33,259 bases of DNA from a virus. The DNA lies in the IMG/VR virus record IMGVR_UViG_3300045988_058170, positions 1 through 33,259 of that record, one strand, 5' to 3'. Position 1 is the stretch's first letter; each line of letters begins with the position of its first letter. Shown here piece by piece: positions 14,219-22,855 of this stretch. The position numbers and the translations under genes are program-made. A model generated the notes under the pieces. It was not told the origin of the DNA. It ran no database searches and saw only the letters and a program-made list of their open reading frames with translations.

Positions 14219-14681
14219 CAAACGCTATGACGTGCTCAGCAGAATAGCAGCCGTACAACAGTCGGTAGAAGCGGTGAAACGCACCACCGAAGGATATGGC
14301 TACAAGTACGCCACACTGAATGACATTTGGCAGCTGGCCAAGGCAAGCATGATGGAAAACGGCTTAGGCTGGACCGCTGTAAGCGCAAGTGAAATCATCG
14401 GCGCTGACACCGACATGCCCACCGTCTACAACACGCTCACCGTCGCAGTATACGAGGCTGCGCACGAGGGTGAAAACCTCATGGACATGGTGAAGCACGG
14501 TGAGGCGGTAAGCAGCAGCTACACGTATCCGGCAGCAGCCGCGCAACAGGTGGGCAGCTTCGAAACCTACTATAGGCGCTACGGTCTCATCCATCTGCTC
14601 GGCATCACCACCGTAATGGATGATGACGGAAAAGCCACCACCCCCCTCCCCCGCCCGTCCCTCACTGAAGAATTCAACTGA
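14208..14681 (+). CDS. ERF-family single-strand annealing protein
   Basis: GYGYKYATLNDIWQLAKASMMENGLGW...YYRRYGLIHLLGI..DDDG. AAGGAGG SD. Confidence 0.7.
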   Translation: MANDKRYDVLSRIAAVQQSVEAVKRTTEGYGYKYATLNDIWQLAKASMMENGLGWTAVSASEIIGADTDMPTVYNTLTVAVYEAAHEGENLMDMVKHGEAVSSSYTYPAAAAQQVGSFETYYRRYGLIHLLGITTVMDDDGKATTPLPRPSLTEEFN

Positions 14682-14692
14682 AAGGAAAAACA

Positions 14693-15232
14693 ATGGCAAA
14701 CGACATGCTCGAAATCGAAGCTGTAGGCGAAATCCGATTCGTCCACATCAAAGACAAATACCAGTCCGACTCGGCGAAACAGTTTGGAATCGACCCGAGC
14801 TACCAGTTGCAGCTCGCGTTCCCGAAGAACGGTGACGTGCATAAGGAACTCGTGGCGTCCGCGAAACAGTTGGGCGTGCGCGCCAACGGCGACAACCTCC
14901 GCTATAAGGATGGCGATTTAATCACCCTCAAGGACGGAACCCAGCCGCAGCGTGGCAAGTGGCTTATCAACCTCTCATCCAAGTGGAGGCCCAGCATCGT
15001 CGACCAGAACGCCAACGATGTGGAACTGGCCGAAGAACCGGGCGACGGCACGCTCGCCAACGTCGCATTTAAAATCGGCAGCACGAAGGAAGGACGCCTC
15101 ACCTACTTCCTCACCGGCGTGCAACTGCTGCGAATCGAAAAGAACAACACCCCCGCCCCCCACAAGTTCGGCGCATACACGCAGCTGACCATCGAAGACG
15201 AGGGTGCCGGAGAGCCGGAACCGGAATTCTGA
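14693..15232 (+). CDS. Phage ssDNA-binding protein (gp2.5-like / DUF2815-like)
   Basis: OB-like pattern with an acidic C-terminal tail ...IEDEGAGEPEPEF ending in an aromatic residue. Sits between ERF and the nucleases. Confidence 0.6.
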   Translation: MANDMLEIEAVGEIRFVHIKDKYQSDSAKQFGIDPSYQLQLAFPKNGDVHKELVASAKQLGVRANGDNLRYKDGDLITLKDGTQPQRGKWLINLSSKWRPSIVDQNANDVELAEEPGDGTLANVAFKIGSTKEGRLTYFLTGVQLLRIEKNNTPAPHKFGAYTQLTIEDEGAGEPEPEF

Positions 15233-15239
15233 CCCACTC

Positions 15240-15437
15240 ATGAACGCGCCAATCCACTACAGCGACGACACGCTGATTGACGCGCTCACCACCTGCATGA
15301 GTATCAGCCAAGCCGCGAAAGCACTCGGAGTGTCACGCGGCTGGCTGTTCCCACATGCGAAACGGTTGGAGCGCGAAGGCAGAATACTACCAAAAACAAT
15401 CATGCCCGCATATTTCAAACCAAAGGACAACGAATGA
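15240..15437 (+). CDS. Small helix-turn-helix DNA-binding protein
   Basis: MSISQAAKALGVSRGWLFPHAKR is an HTH. The start is uncertain (ATG 15240, weak SD, or GTG 15204). Confidence 0.55.
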   Translation: MNAPIHYSDDTLIDALTTCMSISQAAKALGVSRGWLFPHAKRLEREGRILPKTIMPAYFKPKDNE

Positions 15438-15712
15438 CGAAATTCCTAAACACCCCCCCTGCCAATGTTCGGAAAAGCACCGCATTCAACACGGCAATCA
15501 AAAACAATCTCGGCAAATGGGCGGAATACCACTCCTACAAGAAACGCAACGTCGCGAACGCCACCGCCTACCATGTCCGTAAGCATCTACTCGCATGGAC
15601 GGAACCGCAGGTCGAATACGCCGCGGTGACACGCCGCAAGCCGGATGGCACGTTTGCCGTATGGGTCAGCGCCGTCAGCATCAAGGAGAACACCAATGCC
15701 GAAACTGAATAA
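15434..15712 (+). CDS. Hypothetical protein (92 aa)
   Basis: ATGA coupling with the upstream ORF. Confidence 0.55.
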   Translation: MTKFLNTPPANVRKSTAFNTAIKNNLGKWAEYHSYKKRNVANATAYHVRKHLLAWTEPQVEYAAVTRRKPDGTFAVWVSAVSIKENTNAETE

Positions 15713-16079
15713 CCAAAGACAGGAACCATTGGAGTCAGCCATCCAAAACCGTCTCATCAAAATCTTGGAACAGCAAGGATGGTACGTGCAGAAAACCGAA
15801 GGACGCTCACGCAACGGATTTCCCGACGTGACCGCCGTAGACCAGCTCGGAAACGTATGGTTCATAGAACTGAAACGCACGGTAGGCAAGCCAAGCCCCG
15901 ACCAATGCCGCGAACTCAAAATGCTCGCCGAGCATAACGCCAACGTCATGCTCCTATATGGCAAGAAGGCCATAGACACCATACTGTTGTACAAAAACTG
16001 GGTGGACATGACGAACGTCTACCACGACATCCTCATCGTAGACTCGGAAGGAAAAATGAGATGGACGAAAGAAATCTGA
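15696..16079 (+). CDS. VRR-NUC domain nuclease (PD-(D/E)xK)
   Basis: GFPDVTAV...VWFIELKRTVGKPSPDQ. AAGGAG lies 7 nt before ATG 15696. Confidence 0.7.
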   Translation: MPKLNNQRQEPLESAIQNRLIKILEQQGWYVQKTEGRSRNGFPDVTAVDQLGNVWFIELKRTVGKPSPDQCRELKMLAEHNANVMLLYGKKAIDTILLYKNWVDMTNVYHDILIVDSEGKMRWTKEI

Positions 16080-16966
16080 CATACCGAATCTTCGAAGACC
16101 GTGAAACATGGCTCGAAGCACGCGAGGAGACCATAGGCGCGTCCAGTCTCGCGCATTTCATCGCCACCGGACAGCTCCCAACACCCCCGCCTGACGTTCC
16201 AGCAGTGCAGTCGGCATTGCAGTTCGGCAGCATTTGGGAACCCATGCTCGTCAAACTGTATGCAGAACATCTCCAACTGGCCGTAGTCGGCAAGAACACT
16301 CCCGTCAATGAGTTGGAAAACGGACAGCTCGCATGGTACGACAACAGCTTCTACACGAACGGACGGCTGCACGTCTCCTTGGACGCAGTCTACCGCGACC
16401 ATGATGGAATTGTGCACACCGTCGAAGTGAAAACCGGAAGCAAACCATCCTACGCATTCCTCGCCACGGAACAGCGCAGACAGTATTCAACCCAAGCGCA
16501 GATAGAAGCCCGCATGATGGGCACGGAGCGTGCGGAAATCATCTACGCGCAGCGCCCCCCGTCATGGGAAACGATGAACGCCGAATACATCACCGAACGA
16601 ATCAAGGAAACGCTCGACATCGTAATCATTCCAGACGTGATGGATGCGAGCGAACTGGAACGGTATGCGACCGAATACGAGCGCGCGGCACAGCCAACGG
16701 ATAATGACGGACAACGACTGTTGGCCGAACTGTTGGAAGCGAAAGACCAGTACGAGACGTTGAAAGAGCGGCTCTCCGCATGGCTGGAAGAACACCCCGG
16801 CGAGCGCGTCGCATGCTCCGGACATGTCGCAAGACTGGCGGAAACCACGCGCACCACCACCGACTACAAGGCGTACTTCGGCCAGCACCCAGCAGACCTG
16901 ACCCCATTCCAGAAAACATCGACAACCACTCGACTCAGCGTAGTAAAGGAGAAGAAAAATGCATGA
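16061..16966 (+). CDS. YqaJ / lambda-Exo-like recombination exonuclease
   Basis: IGASSLAHFI...GSIWEPMLVKLY...SLDAVYRD...VHTVEVKTG. Partner of the ERF gene. Confidence 0.7.
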   Translation: MDERNLTYRIFEDRETWLEAREETIGASSLAHFIATGQLPTPPPDVPAVQSALQFGSIWEPMLVKLYAEHLQLAVVGKNTPVNELENGQLAWYDNSFYTNGRLHVSLDAVYRDHDGIVHTVEVKTGSKPSYAFLATEQRRQYSTQAQIEARMMGTERAEIIYAQRPPSWETMNAEYITERIKETLDIVIIPDVMDASELERYATEYERAAQPTDNDGQRLLAELLEAKDQYETLKERLSAWLEEHPGERVACSGHVARLAETTRTTTDYKAYFGQHPADLTPFQKTSTTTRLSVVKEKKNA

Positions 16967-17099
16967 GCTCATGATGAACTGCCTCTACATGCTCATTATC
17001 CTCCTGTCCGTGCTTGGAATCACAGGAGTCATCCTTATCCTCATCGGAGCGGTCAAGGGCATCATCGAACTTATCAACCACAAGAACGATGAAGGGTGA
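16959..17099 (+). CDS. Small membrane protein (46 aa; below the ORF-track cutoff)
   Basis: AAGGAG lies 8 nt before ATG 16959. Sequence MHELMMNCLYMLIILLSVLGITGVILILIGAVKG... Confidence 0.5.
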   Translation: MHELMMNCLYMLIILLSVLGITGVILILIGAVKGIIELINHKNDEG

Positions 17100-17469
17100 C
17101 GTATCCGAATGGCTTGACGGCGACGCTTGGGCTGACATCGAAAAAATGCGCCAGCCCAAGCCGATGCCCCCCGCCAGAAAAAAGAAGACAGTCACCCGTT
17201 ACGCCGACATGACGCCCGAAAAAGCGTCACACAAGCGGAAGATTAAGAAAAAGTGGGTGAACGAAAACCATGAGAAAATGCTCGACTATTGGGTGCGATA
17301 CCGGAAACAGCATCGTGAGGAAACCCAAGCAGCATGCCGCAAATGGCAGAGGAAGTTCCGTGAGGAACATGGCGTCAGCTATCAGACTTGGCGCAACTGG
17401 CGCAAAACGCCCGAAGGACGCGAGCGCATAGCCGCATGGGAAGCCGAGCATGGAAAGGAGCAGCAGTGA
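17089..17469 (+). CDS. Basic Trp/Arg-rich protein (126 aa), unknown function
   Basis: ATG 17089 overlaps the end of the small TM ORF. Contains a repeated W..(E/R)(N/K).(H/R)EE-type helical motif. Confidence 0.55.
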   Translation: MKGDVSEWLDGDAWADIEKMRQPKPMPPARKKKTVTRYADMTPEKASHKRKIKKKWVNENHEKMLDYWVRYRKQHREETQAACRKWQRKFREEHGVSYQTWRNWRKTPEGRERIAAWEAEHGKEQQ

Positions 17470-18743
17470 GGGCTTTCATCTTCGACGAGGCCGGAACCGG
17501 CAAGACGAAACGCAGCATGGACCTGCTGGATGATGCGAAACATATTCTCGTCATCTGTCCGGCAAGCGTCGTGAAAACCGCATGGCTTCCGCAAATCAGC
17601 CAATGGTCACACGGCAAGGCCATGACCATCGAAGACTACCGTAAGCATGGTTGGCCTGAAGACTACCGTTACCTCGTAGTGTCATACAATATGGCCGCTA
17701 AGCTGGGCGAAGTGCCGGACGGTTTCAGCCTCATCGTAGATGAAAGCCACATGGTGAAGAATCCTAGGAGCGGACGTTCCAAAGTAGTGAAGGGCATCAG
17801 CGACCTTGCCAAGAACGTGCTGATGCTGACCGGCACGCCCGCTCCGAAGGATTTGGAAGACCTATACGGGCAGACCGTGGTCATGTATCCGCACGCCAAG
17901 GACAGGATGACCCTATTAGGCGATTCTTGGCGCACTCTAGGAGCTTTCAGAGTACGGTACGGTAAACCACACACGACGAACATACAAGGGCGTCTCGTGG
18001 TCAAATACACGTACTCCAAGCCCATGGTCGAGGAAGCATGCCGACAACTCCAAAAGCTCGTATTGGATATTCGACGTGGCGGCAACCCGCTACCATCGGT
18101 GGAATGGTTGCCCAGCCCGAAAACCGAACAGGAGGATATGGCGCTCGAACAATGGACAACCACACACCAGTTATCCGAAGACGTGTACGCCACCAGTGCG
18201 AGCGCCGCAGCCGTCAAACTCGCCCAACTCGATGACGGATTCGCCTACAAGACCGAAGACCGTGGAGAATCCTACTGGTTCGGCGTGTCCAAACTCAAAA
18301 CCATCTACGATGAAGCCAAGAGACGCGAAGACCAGACGCCACTGCTCGTATGGACACGGTTCAAAGCGGTGAGAGACGAAATCTACCGCACTTGGACGCC
18401 ATGCACCGATGCGAAAACATTCCTCGCCATGACCGCCCAAGAACGCGCAGGATACCGGCTCATAGTCGCCAACCCGCAGTCCATGGGCACTGGTGTTGAC
18501 GGTTTGCAGCATCTCATGAAAGACCAGATATGGCTCGACCTCCCATGGACATACGCCGACTGGGAGCAGGCCAACCGAAGACTGGTACGACGCGGAAGCC
18601 CCTATCAGGGACAACAGCGCATACTCGTGCCGGACACGCCATGGAACCGCAAGGTCATGGACGTGATAGAAGGAAGGAAAACCCTAGATGACATCATCAA
18701 AACCGAAAAACAATTGGGAGAAGACAATGGGAAACGTCAATAA
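17466..18743 (+). CDS. SNF2-family (SF2) helicase
   Basis: GTG 17466 (GTGA overlap, AAGGAG SD). FDEAGTGKT, LIVDESHMVKN, MLTGTP and C-terminal helicase motifs (MGTGVDGLQ). Confidence 0.8.
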   Translation: MRAFIFDEAGTGKTKRSMDLLDDAKHILVICPASVVKTAWLPQISQWSHGKAMTIEDYRKHGWPEDYRYLVVSYNMAAKLGEVPDGFSLIVDESHMVKNPRSGRSKVVKGISDLAKNVLMLTGTPAPKDLEDLYGQTVVMYPHAKDRMTLLGDSWRTLGAFRVRYGKPHTTNIQGRLVVKYTYSKPMVEEACRQLQKLVLDIRRGGNPLPSVEWLPSPKTEQEDMALEQWTTTHQLSEDVYATSASAAAVKLAQLDDGFAYKTEDRGESYWFGVSKLKTIYDEAKRREDQTPLLVWTRFKAVRDEIYRTWTPCTDAKTFLAMTAQERAGYRLIVANPQSMGTGVDGLQHLMKDQIWLDLPWTYADWEQANRRLVRRGSPYQGQQRILVPDTPWNRKVMDVIEGRKTLDDIIKTEKQLGEDNGKRQ

Positions 18744-19086
18744 GGCGCTCAGCAAGGACGTGGGCACCACTGCCGTCGACATGGGTACGCTCCATCCGTC
18801 CGCAGCACGAATCTACAAGCGCATCCTCGACAACTTCGACCTTATCGGACGCATGCTCACCGGCGACAAGGCCGAAGAGTACGGCAACCCGCAAACCATG
18901 TGCCGACGCATCGGGCGGCGATGGTTCGAAAGGGAGGATGGCGAAACGGATGTGGCAATCATGATGGCCGAACTGAAAATCGAACGCATCAAGTTCGACC
19001 CGACCAAGGAAGACTCGTATATGGACGCCATCGCCTACCTCGCAATGGCGCTCGCATTCATGCAGGAAAGGAAGAACAATGATTAA
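18727..19086 (+). CDS. Possible dATP/dGTP-diphosphohydrolase-like / MazG-related domain protein
   Basis: ...EEYGNPQTMCRRIGRRW...VAIMMAELKIERIKF...EDSYMDAIAYLAMA pattern. Tentative. Confidence 0.4.
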   Translation: MGNVNKALSKDVGTTAVDMGTLHPSAARIYKRILDNFDLIGRMLTGDKAEEYGNPQTMCRRIGRRWFEREDGETDVAIMMAELKIERIKFDPTKEDSYMDAIAYLAMALAFMQERKNND

Positions 19087-19465
19087 CGTCAACCATAGTG
19101 TGACGCTTATCGAGGCGAGCCGTGAGGAATGGCGGAAGATAGAGTCCGGGGAGACGAACTTCATCCTCCGTAACACCCGGTCGCCATACGATACGACCGC
19201 CTTCATGGTCTTGGACGCCGACACCGGAGAGCATCTGGGCAACGCCTTCATCCTCTCGGGAACCACGTTCGGAGGCTGGGAGTGCAGCCCTTGGACGTGG
19301 CTCATGTTCGCCACGCTCACACGCATGACCGTGCGGGAACTCAAAGAACGGTTCCCGGACGAAGCGAAGATGAAAAACCCGTCCGCATGTGAAATGTACC
19401 TGTATGAAATCAAACCGGTGAGCGACACGGAACTGTTGCAGCACCTTGTCAATCCGAACGAGTAA
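19079..19465 (+). CDS. Hypothetical protein (possible ASCH/PUA-like fold)
   Basis: EEWRKIESGETNFILRN is weakly ASCH-like. ATGA coupling. Confidence 0.35.
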   Translation: MINVNHSVTLIEASREEWRKIESGETNFILRNTRSPYDTTAFMVLDADTGEHLGNAFILSGTTFGGWECSPWTWLMFATLTRMTVRELKERFPDEAKMKNPSACEMYLYEIKPVSDTELLQHLVNPNE

Positions 19466-19475
19466 GGAGAAAGAA

Positions 19476-20021
19476 ATGCTGAACGACATCACCATCGAAC
19501 AGTGCGTAGACCATCAAGACCTCATCCTGCCATACACGGAAAAACAGTTGAATCCCAACTCGTATGATGTGACATTGCAGGACACTATCATCATCTTCAC
19601 ATCGGACGTGGAAGACTGTTATTGTTATGCTGACGGTGGCGACCACACGCTGCATGGCGTCCGCACCGAGTCAGTCAAAATCGACGGACACTACATGCTC
19701 CAACCCGGACAGTTCGTCCTAGGCGCGACCGTCGAGAAAATCAGCCTCCCAGTCAACATGATGGCCCGATTTGACGGGAAAAGCAGTCTCGGACGGCTCG
19801 GACTCTGCACGCACATGACCGCAGGATTCATCGACGCCGGATTCACCGGCACCATCACCGTCGAACTGAAAAACGAAAACAGTTTCCCCATCATGCTGAA
19901 ACCCGGCATGCGAATCGGCCAAGTATCATTCGAATATCTGAACGCTGCGGCTGCGAAACCGTACGGCATGGTCGGCCACTATCAGAACCAGCATGCGCCG
20001 CAGCCAGCAGTGGAGGTTTGA
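19476..20021 (+). CDS. dcd: dCTP deaminase (dUTPase superfamily)
   Basis: LNPNSYDVTL...PGQFVLGATVEKISLP...DGKSSLGRLGL..H..AGFIDAGFTGTITVELKN...IGQVSF...YQNQ. AAGGAG SD. Confidence 0.8.
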   Translation: MLNDITIEQCVDHQDLILPYTEKQLNPNSYDVTLQDTIIIFTSDVEDCYCYADGGDHTLHGVRTESVKIDGHYMLQPGQFVLGATVEKISLPVNMMARFDGKSSLGRLGLCTHMTAGFIDAGFTGTITVELKNENSFPIMLKPGMRIGQVSFEYLNAAAAKPYGMVGHYQNQHAPQPAVEV

Positions 20022-20022
20022 T

Positions 20023-20184
20023 ATGAAAACGGCACCTCGCCAATGCCTCAACTGTGGGCATGATATGACGTTGGAGGAATGGTATCCAGAAATGCTGTGC
20101 GAAACCTGCAAGCAGAAAATCGACTCGGCGTTGACCGACGAGAACAGACAGGAAGGATTGGAGTATCCAGATGAGTGTTATTAG
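20023..20184 (+). CDS. Small zinc-ribbon protein (53 aa)
   Basis: GGAGG SD. CLNCGH...CETCK. Confidence 0.5.
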   Translation: MKTAPRQCLNCGHDMTLEEWYPEMLCETCKQKIDSALTDENRQEGLEYPDECY

Positions 20185-20320
20185 AGCACTGGCACACCTC
20201 GACCCGACTCTATGTCGGCATTGCCTAAAGAAACTCACCAATAAAGAAATGTACCTGTTCGGCGGGTACTGTACGAAATGTTGGAGGTTGCGCGGTGGCC
20301 GTCGAACAAGACTGGCGTGA
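20171..20320 (+). CDS. Small zinc-ribbon protein (49 aa; below the ORF-track cutoff)
   Basis: CRHC...CTKC. Overlaps both neighbours, so it is uncertain. Confidence 0.3.
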   Translation: MSVIRALAHLDPTLCRHCLKKLTNKEMYLFGGYCTKCWRLRGGRRTRLA

Positions 20321-20663
20321 CAGCATGAAATACTATCTCAGCCCCGAACAGACGAGCGCCGTGGAAATGCGAAGCATCGCACGATACGGCAATGACACGC
20401 AGACCACCGTCTGCATGGAGGAGTGCGCCGAACTCATACAGGCAATCAGCAAGCTCAAACGCTACAATCCCGAAGACCCCACCAACAAGGTGGGTCGCAG
20501 CGAGCTTATCGAAAACCTGTACGAGGAAATGGCCGACGTGCAGATATGCTTCGACCTGCTGATTGAAATCTACGGGTTGAAGCCGAGCGACCTGCGCCGC
20601 ATGATGGACCATAAGGTGTGGCGTATAAAGCGGAAGCTGGAAGCGCAGGGCGAGAAGTTCTAA
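20295..20663 (+). CDS. MazG-like all-alpha NTP pyrophosphohydrolase
   Basis: MEECAELIQAISK...LYEEMADVQICFDLL carries the EExxE...ExxD metal-binding helices. GTG 20295 with a GGAGG SD, or ATG 20325. Confidence 0.7.
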   Translation: MAVEQDWRDSMKYYLSPEQTSAVEMRSIARYGNDTQTTVCMEECAELIQAISKLKRYNPEDPTNKVGRSELIENLYEEMADVQICFDLLIEIYGLKPSDLRRMMDHKVWRIKRKLEAQGEKF

Positions 20664-20815
20664 TGGAAACCCTGAAACTCATCATCTGCACCATCATCCT
20701 GCTAGGATTCGTCGCAACCATCATGTTGGTGTGCGACGCATGGGACACGCGCATCTTCATCCTATATGTGGCGACGGCAATCCTAGCGGACATACTGTGC
20801 ATCATGTTTGGATGA
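20663..20815 (+). CDS. Small two-TM membrane protein (50 aa)
   Basis: TAATG overlap. Sequence METLKLIICTIILLGFVATIMLV...ILYVATAILADILCIMFG. Confidence 0.5.
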   Translation: METLKLIICTIILLGFVATIMLVCDAWDTRIFILYVATAILADILCIMFG

Positions 20816-20826
20816 TTAAAGAGAAA

Positions 20827-20851
20827 CCCCCCGCATGAACCTTGCGGGGGG
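20827..20851. terminator. Hairpin terminator in the convergence zone
   Basis: ccccccgca-tgaacct-tgcgggggg forms 9 bp. An A-tract lies upstream on the plus strand, giving a U-tract (UUUCUCUUUAAUC) for minus-strand transcripts. Confidence 0.65.
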
Positions 20852-20868
20852 TCAGGGAGAAACCAAAG

Positions 20869-20901
20869 GAGGGCTGTTGGTAAAAACTTCCAACAGCCCT
20901 C
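20869..20901 (-). terminator. Rho-independent-type terminator of the late (lysis) operon
   Basis: gagggctgttgg-taaaaactt-ccaacagccctc is a perfect 12-bp stem 12 nt after the endolysin stop. It is followed on the minus strand by CUUUGGUUUCUC. Confidence 0.7.
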
Positions 20902-20912
20902 ATCGTATCAGG

Positions 20913-21839
20913 CTAACGGCACATTGTCAAATACCATTCGCTGCCGGACTCGGTGCCGATGGCGACATACCTCGGCTCGCCCGAAGAAGCGCCCATATAA
21001 CGGCCCCACAGGAAACCGTCAGCATAAGCACCCCAACCATCCAGCACGACCTTCTGGCCGCGCACATAATCGGCCACAACATTGCCTTTCACGGACGGTT
21101 CGGTACGCACGTTCAGCGAATCCACCGACACCTCATACGTGGTCGCAATCACAGTCGGAGACGGGGAAACCACCGGCACCGGAGCCGGATTCACCGGAGT
21201 GTTAGCGCCCACACCAGCATACTTGTCCCAAGCGGCCTTGTCGCCAGCGAAATAGTTCAAGTCAAGCGACCCAGCATAACCACCAATATGACCGTTAGAC
21301 GTGTACTGGCGCATCGGATACGCCACGTAAGACCAAATCGAATCGGCATCCTGCCAGCCGACCGCATCCATGGACGCATAGCATGCTTCCCAAATGCCGC
21401 AATCATGCTTGCCGCAGATATCCTTGATGAACGGAAGTTCGGAACGCTGCGCATACACGAGCGGCTTCACACCAGTCAGACGAATATACTGGTACAGAAA
21501 CTCGTCCAAGTAGGCGCGATTGCCCCACGCGGCGTTATCGTCACTCTCCCAGTCGACGCACGGCACGAACTTGCCAAGATAACCCTTGGTGGCTTCCGCG
21601 AAGAAATACGCCTCCTCGGAAGCGTTCACGCCACGAATGTAATGCATGTAGCCGACCGCAAGACCACGGGCCGCAGCAGCCTGAATCTTCGCATCGGCAC
21701 CAACCCACACGGAATCGACCAGACCATTATCAGTCGTTAATTCGCCGGCACCCCAAGTGCACTGGACCACGACGCCATCCGTGTCAATCTTGGAAACGTC
21801 GCAATCGGCCTTCCAATTGCTGATATCCACAAACCTCAT
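20913..21839 (-). CDS. Endolysin: GH25 muramidase plus a C-terminal SH3b-like wall-binding domain
   Basis: MRFVDISNWK...GVVVQCTWG...LAVGYMHYIRG...DWESDD...LDLNYF (GH25). A Pro-rich linker, then SLNVRTEPSVKGNVVADYVRGQKVVLDGW..GFLWGRY. Confidence 0.85.
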   Translation of the reverse strand: MRFVDISNWKADCDVSKIDTDGVVVQCTWGAGELTTDNGLVDSVWVGADAKIQAAAARGLAVGYMHYIRGVNASEEAYFFAEATKGYLGKFVPCVDWESDDNAAWGNRAYLDEFLYQYIRLTGVKPLVYAQRSELPFIKDICGKHDCGIWEACYASMDAVGWQDADSIWSYVAYPMRQYTSNGHIGGYAGSLDLNYFAGDKAAWDKYAGVGANTPVNPAPVPVVSPSPTVIATTYEVSVDSLNVRTEPSVKGNVVADYVRGQKVVLDGWGAYADGFLWGRYMGASSGEPRYVAIGTESGSEWYLTMCR

Positions 21840-22108
21840 TATTCAGAAACCTCCTTAATATGCTTGCCGGTAACCTTCGCCTTTTCAGACATTGCGAAAG
21901 ACGCCGGACTGATTGAATCCGTCTTGCCGCTCGACGCGACGCACGTCAGCACGCTTGCGATGGCGGCGACCAAGGCGATGCCGCCGACATTCGTCCAATC
22001 CACGTCGAACAGGCCGACGCCACCGACCACGCCAGCCGACAATGCCGCCTGACATGCGGTGCGGATTGCACGCTCAAGCGTGTCAACCCAAAAATCCTTA
22101 GTGAACAA
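21839..22108 (-). CDS. Holin (r1t / LL-H-like)
   Basis: FWVDTLERAIRTACQAALSAGVVGG...GGIALVAAIASVLTCV. Its stop overlaps the lysin start. Confidence 0.7.
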   Translation of the reverse strand: MFTKDFWVDTLERAIRTACQAALSAGVVGGVGLFDVDWTNVGGIALVAAIASVLTCVASSGKTDSISPASFAMSEKAKVTGKHIKEVSE

Positions 22109-22481
22109 TATTCTGCTCCTTACTGTTGTCGTCTTTCAACGGTTCTATTGTACCTCGAAGCTCGTCAGGAAGCCGTGGCTTCGGATACCGTTCCAAAAAC
22201 TCCGGGTCGAGCACATAGCAGAGTTCGCTCAGCCAATGCCCGATGGCCCGAATGTACGAGGTTTTTAAATCGTCCTGATAGCGGAGCTTGTCGCGCTCGC
22301 TGACGAATTCGGCCAGCTTCTCATCCTGACGGTCGATTTCCCGCTGCATGTTCAACTGTGCTTCTGACAGTTGGCGATAGGCTTCGGACAGGTTGGTCTT
22401 GTTGTTTTGCATCCATGTGACGAGTGCGACGATGATGGCGCAGATGCCGGTGATGAACGCTACGGTGACTTCAGTGCTCAT
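22098..22481 (-). CDS. N-terminal TM plus coiled-coil protein (lysis- or tail-associated, unknown)
   Basis: VAFITGICAIIVALVTW followed by a charged helical region. No SD, so the mRNA may be leaderless. Confidence 0.6.
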   Translation of the reverse strand: MSTEVTVAFITGICAIIVALVTWMQNNKTNLSEAYRQLSEAQLNMQREIDRQDEKLAEFVSERDKLRYQDDLKTSYIRAIGHWLSELCYVLDPEFLERYPKPRLPDELRGTIEPLKDDNSKEQNIVH

Positions 22482-22489
22482 ATGGCACT

Positions 22490-22518
22490 ATTCTAGCCGA
22501 TAATTGCGATTATGTCAG
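22490..22518 (-). promoter_or_regulatory. Candidate promoter with its -35 inside IR-L, giving a (near-)leaderless transcript for 22481
   Basis: Minus strand reads CTGACA (22518-22513), 17 nt, TAGAAT (22495-22490). The ATG follows 8 nt after the -10 and there is no SD. Confidence 0.35.
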
Positions 22519-22520
22519 AA
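22496..22520. repeat. IR-L: 25-bp perfect inverted repeat partner of 23202-23226
   Basis: gccgataattgcgattatgtcagaa is the exact reverse complement of 23202-23226. It has an internal dyad ATAAT-tgcg-ATTAT. Confidence 0.97.
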
Positions 22521-22855
22521 AAGGCGATGGGTGGCGTGGATGGAACATGCCATGGCGTGACATTCATCTCAACAATAATACCGCGAACATGTGGGCTTCC
22601 AATGGTACCGCGCACATCCACGTTCAGACCAGTGATATCAACCTGACCGGTTGGGGTTCGTATGTGACCGTCGCGTATGTGAACAACAGCGCCTTCCATC
22701 CAGCCGCCCCACAGGGCATCAATGCGGGTACGGGAAATGGATATTTTCCGACGTTTTTGGGCGTCTACTCCGATGGAAACGTGAAAATCGGATACGCTGG
22801 CGGTCAGACTGGGAATCGTTCCGTATTGTCCGTTCTCACCTACGATATCGGTTAG
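22496..22855 (+). CDS. Silent alternative C-terminal cassette for the receptor-binding protein (promoterless, no start codon)
   Basis: A TAG stop (22493-22495) sits immediately before IR-L. From IR-L (ADNCDYVR) the plus frame stays open for 119 codons: KGDGWRGWNMPWRDIHLNNNTANMWASNGTAHIHVQTSD...VLTYDIG*. It converges tail-to-tail on the current C-terminus. Confidence 0.6.
   Translation, partial: ADNCDYVRKGDGWRGWNMPWRDIHLNNNTANMWASNGTAHIHVQTSDINLTGWGSYVTVAYVNNSAFHPAAPQGINAGTGNGYFPTFLGVYSDGNVKIGYAGGQTGNRSVLSVLTYDIG

Noticed and set aside
16935-17195. 86-aa minus-strand ORF
   Set aside because: It is antisense to two SD-preceded plus-strand ORFs (16959..17099 and 17089..17469) within a plus-strand operon.
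18697-19452. 251-aa minus-strand ORF (also 19058..19495)
   Set aside because: They are antisense across three coupled plus-strand genes, with no SD and a Ser/Arg/Val-rich translation.
20835-21740. 301-aa plus-strand ORF
   Set aside because: It is antisense to the GH25 endolysin and His/Arg/Ile-rich. It would also have to start inside the terminator hairpins.
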